This document shows positions 11,951-25,353 of a stretch of DNA of 64,000 bases, piece after piece. Made by a program: the position numbers and the translations under genes. Each line of letters opens with the position of its first letter. Within the stretch, counting starts at the first letter, position 1. The notes below the pieces were generated by a model that was not told the DNA's origin, made no database searches, and saw nothing but the letters and a program-made list of their open reading frames with translations. The DNA is from Ginglymostoma cirratum (lineage: Eukaryota), in NCBI GenBank assembly GCA_024137785.1, contig JAHRHZ010000087.1, forward strand, positions 19,634,029 through 19,698,028. Direction: 5' to 3'.

Positions 11951-13839
11951 AACCATCCAGCACCACAGTGTGAGGGGCTTACAACATCTGAATTGGTGTG
12001 CGGTGAAGCTTTAAATATGATGTGCCACAAGCATGAAAACCAGTAAGTCCCAGCAGTAGTGAATAATTCTGCCTCTCTGATTCTGTAATTCCCTGGGAAA
12101 GTCACTCAGGAGCCAGGTTCATAATTAACAAGGTGGAAGATTGGGTGAGAAAAGTCAGTCCGAATCAAGAAGGTTAGGCACCATGAATCTCACTCAAAAG
12201 AACACGTTTCAATGAAAATGGGAATACTCTGCTCCATATTTCACCATTTAATTATTGAAAGTAATTGGATTATACTCATATTTTCTACATAATGAAACAG
12301 CATGGAAACAAGGAAGATATTCTTTGTCTTTTTTTTTTCGCAAAGCAAGTTGAAGAGAACCCTGTCGAAATAAGGCTAGCAATTATGCACGGTCTGCAAA
12401 TGGACGTATATTCTTAATACATGTTGCGAGTCACTGGGTTGGGCATTTACATTACAAAGCAAGAACCAATCTGTTCATCTGTCCTTGCATATATACCTGC
12501 CTTGCTATCATTGTAACACAGTAACAGTGGCATCAGAAGCTGGATAAGTGTAGTCAGTGCTTTTGTCCACTTTGAAAGCTGAAGGGAGAGCGCTTGAACA
12601 TAACCAAGAAATTTGAGAAGGAAGGAAGAATTGGCAAGAGAATAAAAATAGCATTTTTATTGATTCTGGCTTATGTACAAACAGAATTTTAAAAAAAATA
12701 CAAGAAAGTAATGATTACAAAATTCCATCCCCCTCCATCTCATAAATAAGTGTTGACAGAAAACAATCTGGAACTTTTTCAAAGGACAGTCCAAATCAGA
12801 TGGGAAGAAAAGTACACAGAGACCTGAAAATGTCATTGTAAACTAAAAAACAAAATGAGTTCAAAGCTTTTTTAAAAAAAAGATTAAAAGGCATAGTAGG
12901 TGGCAAGATTGTGGATGCTAACAAATTAAACCTTCATTTTTTAAATGTACAGGCAAATTATTCTTCTCCTTTCCTCTCTTTCCTGTGAAGTAGTCCCTGT
13001 ATGATCTTCCACTTTTTACAAGTAGTAAGTAAGCTGCTTTCAGACCTTAGTCAAAACTGCTCTCTAAGTTTCCCAGGAGACACTCAGCCAGCAGGTGACC
13101 TTACAGCCTAGGTCCCTCAACATGGCACCTGGCCTCTCTTCAGCATCCTCTTTGGACGTCACAATTGGAATGGAAACTAAATTTGAGTGGAATGCTGAGT
13201 TCACAAGTTATCCATTTGGAGTATAGGCTGCTAGTTTTGAAGATTTGTCTGTATCTCCACGCGGGCTGGTTTTGGGGTGTGCAATGGTGCTAAATAAACA
13301 TTATTAAAATGGTAGAACTGGACAACTGTAAGGAAAATCTTATTTAATGTATAATCCTAGACTATGACGTAAACCTTTTAAATAAATTGAGAGACCCTAG
13401 AATTCTGCATGTCTTGTCAGTGTAATTTCAAACAAATTCTTCTTTAAATCTAACTTGTACGTGTGTTTTCCAAGCAAGCTCCAGTGTTCACTCAATGCCC
13501 AAAACTGCACTGGGTTCCTAAGTACATCATAAAATTTGGATTTAAATATATGCTGGAAGTTCCTGCTTGTTTCTCTTGGGAACACTACCCACAAAAATTT
13601 AAGGGTCTTGCAATTGAGGAACATGGCACCAGTGAGATGAAAATCAAGTCTGTGATCTTCAGTAAGTTTATTCAGTCTAACTTTAGTTCTGAGTGAATCC
13701 AGAATTATTCTATATATAATTCAGCACAAAGAGCTATGACAGTTTTTAACCTTTTTCACTAGGCTTTTTTAGGATAAAATCTATAGATACTCTCACGAGG
13801 GGTCTGCAAGTCTCCTACGATGGAGAAGTCTAAGTCCCA

Positions 13840-15856
13840 AGATTACTGTGCATATAAGTGAATGCACAGAATATAGTAAATAAGATTAGGGAGTTATAGG
13901 TGCAGATTATCATGTTGAATTTTGATGTTGGGTGATAACAAAGAACTGGCGCAAGGAAGGGAAAGACTGTGTGCTAAATATGCCTGTAAAGGAAGGGGGC
14001 AGGGGTTAGCATTATTGGTTAAGGAGAGCATTGCAATGCTGAAGAATCAAATAGGTCTCAAACAATCCAGGCACGGAATCAATTTGGCCAGAAATAAGGA
14101 ATGTAAAGGGTAAGATTACATTGCTAGGTGTTGTCTGTAGACCAACTAGTAGGAAAAATGTTAAAGAACAAACCTGGAGCAAAATTACAGAAAAATGCTA
14201 ACATTACAGAACAGTTCTAATGGGAGACTTTAATTCTCCAAACATAGATTGGAATACTTGTCGTGTACCAGGCAGCAAGATGCAAGTGTTCCTGGATTGT
14301 ACAGGAGAGCATCCTACGTCAGTATGTTTCCAATCCAACAAGAAAGGATGCACTATTAGACCTGGTTCTTGGAAAGGAGGTGGGCCAAGTGGATCAAATG
14401 TCAGTTGGGGAACATTTAAGAGACAATGATCATTGTGTTGCAAGGTTCAGGAAGACGGTACAGAATTTCATGTAACAATCAAGAGTGAGGAAAATCAATT
14501 GTCAGGGAGTAGACTTCAGTGGGGAGAGAACACAGCTGGGCAAGATTGACTGGAACAAGAAGTTGGTGGTAAAGACAGTAACCGAACAATGGGCTGGGAT
14601 CCTTTCACAGAGGTGGTGATTCGGATGCAGTCAAGGTATATTCCCTCAACTGGGAAAGGTAGAACAAACACATCATAACCTCTCTGAATGACAATGAAGA
14701 TAGAAATTAAGACAAGGAAAAACAGTGAGAATCAAGAAGAAAATTGAAGGTTCAAAGGGAAGATGAAAAAGCAAATGACAGATGTAAAGGGGAATTATGA
14801 GACAAGACTGGAAGCCAACATAAAGAGATGTCCCAAAGGGTTCTATCATCATATAAAGAGTGAAGCGGTGATAAAGGATGAAAAAGAAGAGACCAAGAAA
14901 AGGGGATTTAGATATTTTCCTAATCAACATGCTCAGAGATGTTATTATACACCTCTAGAGAAGGTGGGAAATGAACCCAGGCCTCCTGGGTTACTAGTAC
15001 TACATCATTAGAGCCCAAGTGATCTACACTTGAGGTAGTACATGAATATTTGCAGTTGCTTCCCAAAGAGAGAAATCTACCCAGGTCCTGGTGACAGAGG
15101 AGGCAACTGAGTCACTAGAATGGTTCAAAATTAAGGTACAGGTGTTAGTAGACTGTTTGTACCTGAATTTGATAATACACTGGGACCAGATGAGTTGCAT
15201 CAAAGGAATTTGAAGGAAGTGACTATGGAAATTGCAGGGGCATTGGCCACAATCTTTGGGTCTTTTCTTATATTGGGAAGGTGCCAGACAACTGGAAAAT
15301 TGCAAACATTATAGCCTTGTTCAAGAAAGGTTGTAAGGATAATCTAAACAATTACAGCAATTTAACTTCAGTGCTGGGGTAAGTTTTGAGAAACAATTAT
15401 TTGGACAGAATTAGCAATCACATGGAAAAAAAAATGTGCGTTGATTAGGAAGAGTCAGCATGGATTTCCAAAGAAGAAATCATGTTTAACTAAATAGGTG
15501 GAGTTTTTGAAGAAGTAACAGAAAGGCCTGATGTAGGTAATATTGATGAAATTGTGTACATGGACATTCAGATGATATTTACCACACAACAGCTTGTGAG
15601 GAATGTAATATGTCATGAAATAAAAGGGTTAACAGTAACATGGATTGGCTGCACAACAGGAAGTATAGTAATGGTCAATGGAAATTTTTTCGGCGTGGAA
15701 GAATATTTGTAGTGGAGTTCCAAGGGATCAAACGGAAGTCTTCTTTTTCCTCATATATATCAATGATGTAGATATTGGTGTGCATGGGGCAATTTAGAAG
15801 TTTGCAGATGACACAAAGCTTGGAAGAATTTTAAACTCGAAGGACAGTGTAGAATT
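13840..15856 (+). mobile_element. CR1-type LINE ORF2 relic (APE endonuclease to RT), broken by stops and frameshifts
   Basis: Motifs NAQNIVNKIREL, MGDFNSPNIDW, QYVSNPTRKDALLDLVLG, ANIIALFKKG, SQHGF, and KFADDTKLG near 15800-15825. Confidence 0.92.
14908..15017 (-). mobile_element. Short (~110 bp) tRNA-derived SINE nested in the CR1 relic
   Basis: Reverse complement gggctctaatgatgtagtactagtaacccaggaggcctgggttcatttccc...aacatctctgagcatgttgattaggaaaatatc; homologous to 55253-55347. Confidence 0.65.
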
Positions 15857-17404
15857 AATTATGAATTCAAAGCACTATTGGTTTGGCTAATCAATGTGCA
15901 TCTTGATAGAACTTCAGTAGACAGAATAGTTCAAGCTGATGGTCTTTGTATGTAACCATGGTGGTTAACTCTTCACATTCTGTGTCTATCATTGCAAGAA
16001 TTCAAGTTGAAACAATTCAACATGAGTAAATTAATCTTACTCCAATTTGAAATCTCACACCAGCTGGCCATTAGGACACCTGGTTTCAGAAATAAAAAAA
16101 CACTAGTGTAATATGGCTCTTATTCAAAAGGTTAAACTTCTACTTTGTTTCCATTGTTAGAATACGCTATTACCTAAATCAGCTGTGTTTGGCAACGTCA
16201 ATAGATAACCACAGAAGAAATCTACATTTTTCCTCCACGCTGAAATTCCCTCTCCTTAATAAGTTCAAAAATACATAAATTATTTAAGAATGTTTAAAAT
16301 GTTTCAAAAATTCCTACAATAACAATACTGGAGATCCTTGGGGCTTGAAATATTCTGCATTCCATCCAAACTCCAGAGGAAGACTGACAGATGAGCCAGA
16401 AAAATTGCTGTTTCTGACTATTTATGCAATTTCTCTGGTTTCCACTGATCTCCACCAAAAGTCAAGAAAGAACATAGAAACAAACCCTATGAAGTTTCAG
16501 GACACATCATCATGAATTGCAAGCTGAAATAAATGCAAGAATTTTAGGGTGGCACAACTTTTTGCGAACAGGGACAATGTTGGTGGGGTGAGGCGGGGGA
16601 GAGAGAAGTAGCTTTCTCAATTCAAATGGAATGATAAAAAAATCAATAGGGCTACCATAAGGAGTTTATGGCACTTTATTTTCAGTTTCCAAAACATTCT
16701 GTTGCTGCTACACTTCCTGTTGTTTAGGCTGCAAAGTCAGAAGCTGTAAAATGCTTCAGTAGTTTTAGGGCCTTTTAACCTAAACTCTACAGTTTTAACT
16801 TCCTTTTTCGGATCCAGAGATGGTACCTTCTGACAGCAACTGGCAGAGTCTTTTTGGACAGCTGCTCAGCAGCTTAATCTGGACTGAATCAGTCCTAGAA
16901 CAGAACAAACCTGGCGACTCAGAATAGAAAGATAAATATGAACCTGAACAAAACTTAAATCACTGAAATGGAAAGTTTATATTCATGGATAAAGAGGCAA
17001 ACACATGATCGGGTAGGAAAATGCTGTAAGAAAGGAAGTATCTTGTAGAAAAATGTCAGAATGATTTTAATATATTGAGATATTGTGCTATAAAAGAATC
17101 TATATTCACACAAAATCCACAACCAATCCAAAATAGATTGTAATCCTAGTGTTTTGACAATGCTTTTTTATACTTTTAAACAATACTATTAGGATTACCG
17201 CAGTTAGGGAATATACTGCAATAGGTTATCTTTGATGTGAAGTACATTGTTGCTGATACAAAATTTGAGATCGTTTTGTTTAGGGACTTTATCTTTAAGG
17301 TAAAATGGAGGAAAGAATGCAGTCATGTGACCTGCTCTGAATTCTGCTTGACCGTAAACTTGCTGGCTTGGTAGTTTTGTGGACAAAAGAGGCCCAAGTC
17401 CTTG

Positions 17405-17935
17405 CTGGTGATTATCCTCTGCCATTTCCACCATCTCTGGCAAGACACCACTGCCAGATACATCTCCCCTTCCCTTCTGGATGGCACTGTGGCATTCTCC
17501 ACTCATCAATCACTCTTTCTTTCCCATGAACTCACAACAATGTAACATTTGCCCCTGTATGTCCTAAATCCTCACTAACTAAGACCCTAAACACTCCTCC
17601 CAGGTAAAGCAGCGATTTACTTGCACTTATTTGAGTTTGGTACACTGCATTGGCTGCTCACAATGTGATCTCACCTACACTGGGGAGACGAAATGCAGAC
17701 TGGGGCATCACTTTGTAAAACATCCCTGCTCAGTCCACAAGTGTGACCCTGAGCCTCTGGTTCTTTGTCATTTTAACTCGCCACCTTGTTCTCACTCTCA
17801 CATTTGTGTCCTTGGCTTGTTACTCTGGTCCAGCGAAGTTTGTACAAGTCGGATGAGCAGCATGTCATTCTCTGATTGGGCATTTCAGGGCCTCCTGGAC
17901 TCCACATTGAGTCTGAAAATTTCAGACCACGAACT
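17405..17935 (+). mobile_element. Penelope-like element, GIY-YIG endonuclease C-terminal relic
   Basis: QVKQRFTC..SLVHCIGCSQCDLTYTGETKCRLGHHFVKH...LCHFNSPPCSH, which fits the PLE pattern VYCI.C..C.L.YIGET.R.L..RF.EH...VA.HFN. Confidence 0.85.
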
Positions 17936-18462
17936 TTGGCCCCCATCTTGATTTTTTTCTTTGTCATGTGCCAGGTTCAGCTCAATCATTTATGTTAGCC
18001 AAAGACAAAACTTCCCTCCAGAGAATTGGCTAAACAAAAGTGTAATAATACAATAATGCATTGATGGAAAGAAAATGTTTACCCATTCCAGTAGAGCGAG
18101 TTTAAACTGCTTTAGTCCTGTTATTGTGGCAGTGGTGTCAAAATTGCCCATTCATGCTGTTTATCTTAGGGAAATTTTACTCACTGTTACAGCGAGTAAC
18201 AAAAATTGGAAACGAAAATGCAGGCACTTTAATGAATACCACTGACTTAAGTTTTAAGTCTCCAGATATTTATATCCCAATATGTTGTTAAATGTAAAGA
18301 TGTATCAAGGAGATAAAAACATTTGGAAAACAGAGGAGCATACCATCAGCTTTACCAATCAATAAGATCATGGCTGATTTGTTTGTGGTCTCAGTTACAT
18401 TTTCCTTCCTGTACCCCATTACCCTTAATGTATGCCTATTCCTGAATTTGTCAAAAAAAACT

Positions 18463-19560
18463 ATGGCTTTAATTAGGAGGTGCCCAATGTGTCAGGAGTT
18501 CAGACTGAAACATCAGATTGCCAATAAAGAGTTAAAACAGCTGGAAATGAATTGAAGCTGTCTGCATTAAACCTGCTGGCAGAAACTAGGCAACAAGTGT
18601 CAAAGCAAACAGCAGCGGCACTCAAGGCTGATGAAGAAATAACGGAAGATTGAACTTTAAAACAAAATGACTTGGCTGTAATTAACACTGATACTATAGA
18701 ACTATGAGGAAGAATTCAGGATTTGGAACATAAGTTAAACCTTCAGAATGGCAAAGCTGTTAGTCTTATGAGAGAGGAATTGAGTGTGTTGAATAAGAAA
18801 AAAGAATTTACTAGTTCTAAGAGTACCAAGAATTTTTGGCAGATCATCAGTGTGACTCTAATAAGATTCTTAATGTATTGAAGGAATTCTGTAATCTTGC
18901 TTTTAAACAGGAGGAAGATGATTCAGCGATGTGGATAGCTGTGACTTCCTTCATAGACTTAGACATTAAAAAAAAACTTACGGCTATGAGAGAGAACAAA
19001 GATCTGGAGTTAAAACCTGAACAGTGTAGTTCAAAGACTGTGTTAAAAGTCAACACTGTGATGACAATGTAGAGTCTGGGTCTAAAGAAGAACAAAGAGA
19101 TATACTGAAACCTCATGGGAACATGAATTGTGACAAAAGATTTTGTCCCCACTTACAGATTATGCCTACTGGAATTTGAAAATCACAAGGATTGTTAGCA
19201 AGTAACAGTATGTTTCTTGGCAATGTTTCCCAGGCTGAAACAATTATGCCATGTTTTAATCAAGGATATTGGAAAACTACAAATTATCTGGGCAAGAGAG
19301 GAGGATGATATTTTGTGACACATTAAAGAAGACAAAGCCACTAGAAATGAAGAAAATTCTCATTTATATGAGGGAAAGAACTTTAAAAACTCTTACGCAC
19401 AGGACTTTAGATTTAACTTGACATGTGATACTGAGTTCTAATGGCCTTATCACATTGCCAAGATAAACCTTTGATAGTGACATGGGGCAAAACAGAAGAA
19501 AGCCACGATTACTTATACAGGCAGTATGTGGGCTGCAAACAGGTTCCATTCGGGAGTCCG
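18463..19560 (+). pseudogene. Decayed long coding-like region (coiled-coil N-terminus; possible retroelement gag-pro relic)
   Basis: Frames can be stitched across a few stops and shifts: MALIRRCPMCQEFRLKHQIANKELKQLE/LKLSALNLLAETRQQVSKQ...EL*GRIQDLEHKLNLQNGKAVSLMREELSVLNKKKEF/LADHQCDSNKILNVLKEF...; weak CFNQGYWK and LTCDTE motifs downstream. Confidence 0.45.
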
Positions 19561-20619
19561 TTTGCAACCCACCCTCTCTCTGCTATGGTACCAATCTCCC
19601 ACCATGCTCTACCATTCTCACTATGCCTACAACTTTCCTACTCGCTCTCACCCTCCTCAGCGCTTGATACCATTAGTGCTGCATGCCATCTGTGGTGCCT
19701 ACTCATTTGGAGCACCTCCCCACTTGCATCAACAGAAACAGTTGTGCCACCTACTTTCACCTGCCATAATACCTTCCTCTCTCTCATTCTGTAAATAAAT
19801 TACCCCCCATGAGTGCAGAAAGAATCAACACAAGTGTTGTGCTGCCCATCATATGCCTTCTCACCACTTATAATGATGGGATCCTCACTCTGACCACCGT
19901 AAGCAGAGCTTGGATTGGAACGGGAGGCTGGCTTTGACTTGCTGTGCCATGAATCCCAGGCAAAGACGATCTCCCTTGACTCGACTGAGACCTGCTGACA
20001 ACCATTACAAGCTTCCTATCTTTGTGTCTGCACTAAATGGCACACAAGATAGCAATACTGTGAGCCTGGCGCCTTTGGCTGGAGAGGCAAAACGCTAAAA
20101 GACAAAGCAATGCAAGGCAGGAAAGCTGTGACCATCCAGGTAATCTTAGAGCGAGTGAGTGCTGTGAGAACAAATGAAGAGCTTGGAGATGCATCCTTGT
20201 CCAGTCTAAAAGCTGGGTGTGTGTCCCTGAGCATATCGCGTCCTTGCAGCAGCATTACAATGATAGTTACAGCTGCAGCCCCAGGATTAAAGTGCAGAGT
20301 GTCTTGTAAGTGGATCGGAGATGTGTCATGAGGGATTTTAGGGGCTGGAACATGTCAGATGCTATTGTCAGTGGACTCATTTGGCTGGTGCTCATGAATT
20401 GTATCTGAAAGGCTGCTGGCCTGGTTTTCAACACGGAGCAAGCAGTGAGCAGAATCTGACATGTTTGCCTGGTTTGCTTGCCGAATTTTCCTGACATCGA
20501 GGTTGTTTGGCAAGGTGGGTAAAATGGGAGGCAATCTGAGTTTCAACGCAAGGCATTTAATTAGCTGTAATGACCATCAATTTTTATCTCACCGATGCCT
20601 AGTTAGAATCTCATCACAC

Positions 20620-20880
20620 TGCTTTGTGAAAAGCTTAAAAGATGGTGCAAGTTACTCCCAACGTTGTGTGCTTCACTGCAGTTGTTGCCCAATTCTGCCA
20701 CATATCTCACCATAAAATGCTTAAAAGATTCTGCCCCAACTCTAACCTCTGGGTAATGATTAAGCTCATGCCCTCCAACAACCCCCCAACTAAAGATCCC
20801 CTGACCCCTGGAAACCATGGTATCAACCAGCACCATCAACTTACTCCTTCTCAATTATCAACAGCCCTGCTGCCAGACTG
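20620..20880 (-). mobile_element. Possible Harbinger Myb/SANT-like relic
   Basis: SKLMVLVDTMVSRGQGIF followed by MWQNWATTAVKHTTLGVTCT, loosely ELEVLVD.V..R..ILF / W..IA..VN..GV.RT. Confidence 0.35.
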
Positions 20881-21107
20881 AACTCCTGGGATCCAACACT
20901 GCTCTCTTCACTGAATCTCACCCCACACCCCCACCATTGGATTCAACATACCCCTCCCCATTGGGCAGTACCCTATTCATAATGCCAGAAGTGACTGAAG
21001 TGACTTCCATCACTGTATCTCACGACCCAATCTCTCCCTTTCCGAACTTACACCCAGCAGCTAGACTCAACAGATTAGATCCTGAAAAGTTAGGGATACA
21101 GTACTCG

Positions 21108-22210
21108 CTTGGACACAGAATTGGCTTACTGATAGAAAGCAGAGGGTCAGGATAAATGGCTCTTTCTCTGAATGGCGAACTGTAACGAGTGGGATGCTGC
21201 ACGGTTCAGTTCTCAGACCTCAAATATTTACAATTTATATAAATGATTTGCAAGCAGGGACAGAGTGTAACATAGCAAAATTCACGAATGATACTAAAAT
21301 AGGTGGGAAAGTAGGCTGTGATGAGGAGGTAAAGAGCTTACTGATGGATATTGATAGGCGAGGAGAATGCGCCAGAATCTGGCAGACAGAGTTTAATATA
21401 GATAAGTGTGAGGTTATCCCTTTTGCCTGGACAAATAAAAGTGCAAATTTTAACCTAAATAGGAAGCATATTCAAAAGTCCACCAGTGTAGAGAGATCTG
21501 CATGTCCGTGTGCATAAATTGCAGAAAGCAAGTATGCAGGTTCAGCATATAATAAGAAAGGCAAATGGAATCTTGGCATTTATTGCAAAAGGATTGGATT
21601 ATAAAAGTGAAGAAATGTTGTTACAATTACATAAGACGTTAGTGAGACCACACCTGGAGTATCATGTTGGCCTCGTTACTTGAGGAAGGATGTGGTGGCA
21701 CTGAAGGCAGTTCAGAGGAGGTTCACCAGATTGATTCCAGGCATGAAAGGGCTGTCACATGAGGAGCATTGAATAGCCTGGGCTTTTACTCGCTGGAGTT
21801 CAGAAGAATGAGGCAGGGGGTGGGGATCTGATTGAGATATATAAAATGCTAAAGGGGTTTGGTAAGGTGGCTGTTGAAATGATGCGCCGCCTTGTGGGTC
21901 AGTCTCGAACAAGAGGGAACAGATATAAAGTGAGACTAGATAGGTTCAAAACTGAGATGAAAGAAACTAATTCTCTCAGTGGGTTGTGGATCTGTGGAAC
22001 TCTCTGCCACAGAGTGCAATGGAGGTAGAATCAATCAACAAATTCAAATAAAAACTGTGTTTCTGATGAAAAGCAGGATAAAGGCTATGGACAACATGCA
22101 GAAAAATGAGTTGAGACAAGGATAAGATCAGTCATGATATGTTAAGTGGCAGAGTGGGCTTGAGAAGGCTGAATTGCCTCCTCCTGCTCCTAATTCCTAT
22201 GTTCCTATGA
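21108..22210 (+). mobile_element. CR1-type LINE, 5'-truncated (RT C-terminus, 3' UTR and tail)
   Basis: GSVLRPQIFTIYINDL...KFTNDTKIGG...WQTEFNIDKCEV, LVRPHLEY; tail ctcctgctcctaattcctatgttcctatga. Confidence 0.93.
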
Positions 22211-22567
22211 CAACTCCCCTCTCCCCCATTGCCAGACCCGGCTTCCCAACGCTGCCCTCCCCAAGCACACCATCACTTAGCTGTGTACCCTGAAACCTTA
22301 CCCATCTATTATCCAAAGCCCTTAACTGGCTGCCACCCTAAGCCAATACTTAGCCTTTCACAGCAGTGGTCAAAGTGGCTGGTATATGCAGTGATTTAAA
22401 TCACAGAACCCAGCACACTGCTGCAAAAGTGGGTGTGGTCTGACTATCCTGATCTCAGGTATGCTCCACAGAGAAGTTGGGATTGGAATTGCTGGCAAGA
22501 AGTGTGGTGCTCAGTCCCAATTGAAAGAAAGAAGGAGTGCGGTGGATATTGGGTGCCCGCATAAAGG

Positions 22568-22668
22568 TTCTGAAGAAGAGTCATAACTCTATTGCTCTCC
22601 ACAGATGCTGCCAGATCTGCTGAGTTTGTGCGGCATTCCCTGTGTTTATTTCAGATTTCCAGCCTCTT
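22568..22668 (+). mobile_element. Penelope-type short terminal-repeat fragment (hammerhead core partly deleted)
   Basis: ttctgaagaagagtcat[deletion]aactct...ctccacagatgctgccagatctgctgagttt...gcatt...tgtttatttcagatttccagc. Confidence 0.7.
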
Positions 22669-22934
22669 CACTTAGTCATTGCATTGTTGTCAGAAGTCAA
22701 ATTAACTAATTCAGTATTTCAAGGAATGAATTTGAGTCCATTGTTCTTGATATGCCTTGGCTTCACTCTGTGCTGTCAGGTTATAACTGAATTATGGCTA
22801 ATTGTAATGATATTTAATATTTGACATGGTTTGGGAGGCAAATGGTAGTGTAGGTAGAGAATGGTGCCAAATTTCTGCAGATAGCTGAATTTGATATTCC
22901 ACACAATTGAAGATATTCCACAATATCTGACAGT

Positions 22935-23378
22935 TGACAGTCAAAAGCCTTTGTAAGATTGAAGAAGACCATGTACAGAAGTTAGTGCTGTTCCTTGCAC
23001 TTTTCTTGGATTTGGCACCGATTTAAATCATGTCCCTTATGCCTCTTGACAGTTGGAAGACACACTGAGACTCAGAAGGAGCTCTTCAGCCACCAGGAAG
23101 TGGTGGTTGAGAAGGATTCTTGCAAAGATCATTCCCAACCATGGGGGACAGTAGGGAAAACCTTCTGTACGTTTTACAGTTGGACTTGTCTCCTTTCTTG
23201 AAGATGGTCACAATTATGGCGCTTTGGAAATCTCCCAGCATGCTCTCTTCCTTACAGGCAAGGACGATGTGGTCATGGATTCATGTCAAGAGTACCTCTC
23301 TATCATATTTTAGTCCTTTAGCACAGAGATTCAACTGTGCTGGAAGCCTTGTTGTTTTTCAACTGTTAAAAGAGAAGA
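22935..23378 (-). mobile_element. RTE (BovB-like) LINE RT fragment
   Basis: Minus frames give KEESMLGDFQSAIIVTIFKKGDKSNCKTYRRFSLLS, LVAEELL, QIQEKCKEQH and FFNLTKAFD. Confidence 0.8.
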
Positions 23379-23379
23379 A

Positions 23380-23600
23380 ATCCCTCCTCATCTAAGTGTT
23401 AAATTGGAGACCCTTTACTTTGAGACAAAGCCTTCTGGTTCTAGACTCTCCCATGAAGGGAAATATCTCCTCAGTATTTACCCTATCAAGCCCTTAAGAA
23501 TCCTATATAATGCAATGAGATCACCTCTCATTCTTCTAAACTCCAGTGAGCAGAGTCCTAACCTGTTTAGTCTTTGCTCACAAGATAATCCCTCCATAAC
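23380..23600 (-). mobile_element. CR1-type LINE C-terminal fragment
   Basis: ctggttctagactctcccatgaagggaaa...caagcccttaagaatcctatat...gagatcacctctcattcttctaaactccagtgag, the reverse complement of [14 protein letters not shown]. Confidence 0.85.
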
Positions 23601-23609
23601 AGGTCATCA

Positions 23610-24133
23610 CCAATATTCCCAATATCCCCATTACTGAGGCATTGGTCCTACATGACCTGCTACAATGGGCAGGCCACATTGTCTGCAAGCATGACACAAG
23701 ACTCTGTAAGCAACTCTTCTATTCTGAGCTCTGAAATGGTAAGTGATCACTTGGGGGTGGTGGTAGGGGGGTGTGGGGAGGTGGCAGACGAAACACTACA
23801 AGGTCACTCTGAAAGCCTCCCTACACAAATGCAACATTCCCACACCTGCATGGGAATTGCTTGGCCTAGAATGCACAAACTGGAGAAGAAACCAACTGAG
23901 AAGGCACCAACCACTTTGAGTGTCACCAAGTGGAGTATGTGGAAGCCAAGAACAAACAGCAGAAACAGTGTAAGAATCTACAGCATACCACCTCTTCCTA
24001 CACTCCCTGCCTGACCTGGGGCAGACACTATGGCTCCAGGACTATACGACTGAGCCATTGATGAACCCACCCTCACCCCAAACCTCGCAGTGGAGGCTAG
24101 TCATTCTTGACCATGAGGGACTGCCAAAGGAGG
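23610..24133 (+). mobile_element. RTE (BovB-like) LINE 3' end
   Basis: LLQWAGHIVCKHDTRLCKQLFYSEL, KASLHKCNIPTPAWELL...NWRR; 3' end gtcattcttgaccatgagggactgccaaagg. Confidence 0.85.
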
Positions 24134-24429
24134 CACTAGCTGTGAAACACACTTGGACAGCACATTCCCCTGACGGAAGGACTGTGGTAACAAGTTGCAT
24201 TAACTGAGGAGAAGAAAGAAACATGCCTCTGAAAAGGTTAACAAGTTATGATAAAGCAGCTGACTGCAGGTAACCATCAAACAGAAGGAAAATTTAGACT
24301 TGGTAAGGAAATGATTCTTATTCATCTGCAAGCAACATCTTGCAAACAAACCAAAAGGGAATAAATTGTAATAGGGGTTTCAAGGAAGGGCAGTAAAAGG
24401 ATAGAAAATTACTTAATTAAGTGCATAGA

Positions 24430-24560
24430 TGCCACATCTTGACCTGTTTGTGGCTTGTTCTGTGATGAAGCAACCCAAGGAGATGTGATCCATCATGACA
24501 TCAACTTCTTGCCACAGGGTAAAGTGTTTGACAAAGTGTTGGAGGGAACATTCAATCCCC
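24430..24560 (+). mobile_element. Tiny ancient CR1/L2 RT remnant
   Basis: FCDEATQGDVIHHDINF..KVFDKV resembles FFDEVT..VDVIYLDF.KAFDKV. Confidence 0.4.
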
Positions 24561-25353
24561 TGGGTACAACCAACCTTCCTGTGGCAAAACTAACAAGAAC
24601 TGTGTCATTAGCAAAGAAGAACACACTTCAGAACCTGGGACTGTCTGAGTATTCCAGTCTTCAAAAGGCAGTTCATCGAGTGTGACTCTTAAGCTTAGAA
24701 AGACTGACAAAAGAAATCTGACATCCTAATTGTAGGATTAAATGGTGACAGACTATAGAACAAATCATCAAAATGTACAGGAAACACACAAAGAGCAGAA
24801 TTGCAGTGAAAATAAATCATCTGTGTGTATTTTAAAATGGACACCAAGCTCCTGAATGATCATTCTCTGATCTAATTTAACATGAACCGGGTGCAGTATA
24901 ACAGTTGTAGTTAATTATAATTCATTCATAACAAATGTTTTTCAACAGAATGCATCATTAATAAAATGTGTTTGGGAAAGGAGAAAGCCAATATGCGGAC
25001 TTACTTTCACCCCAATATGATAAGCAGGCAATCCAAGGAAAACATTCCTGTGTGATTTCCATTGAATTTTGTATTTGTAAGCAAATAAGTTTTACCAATC
25101 CCTTTAAACTGTAACTCATTTTAATTCAGAATCAGGCAGAAAATTCTTAGTAAGCTAGAATAGAGAAGGTCATGCATGTCATGATGTAGTTTTTAAGTCA
25201 GAAAATGCTATGCTGATTTTCAAGTTACCAACCAGGTGGAAAATCAGACCTGGTGCTGTTATAGCAATGGCTTAATTTTCATTTCTGTAGATTTCAGGTT
25301 AACAGATGACCAAATTTCAGTATTGGTCTTACATTGAGGCAATATGCTAAAAC

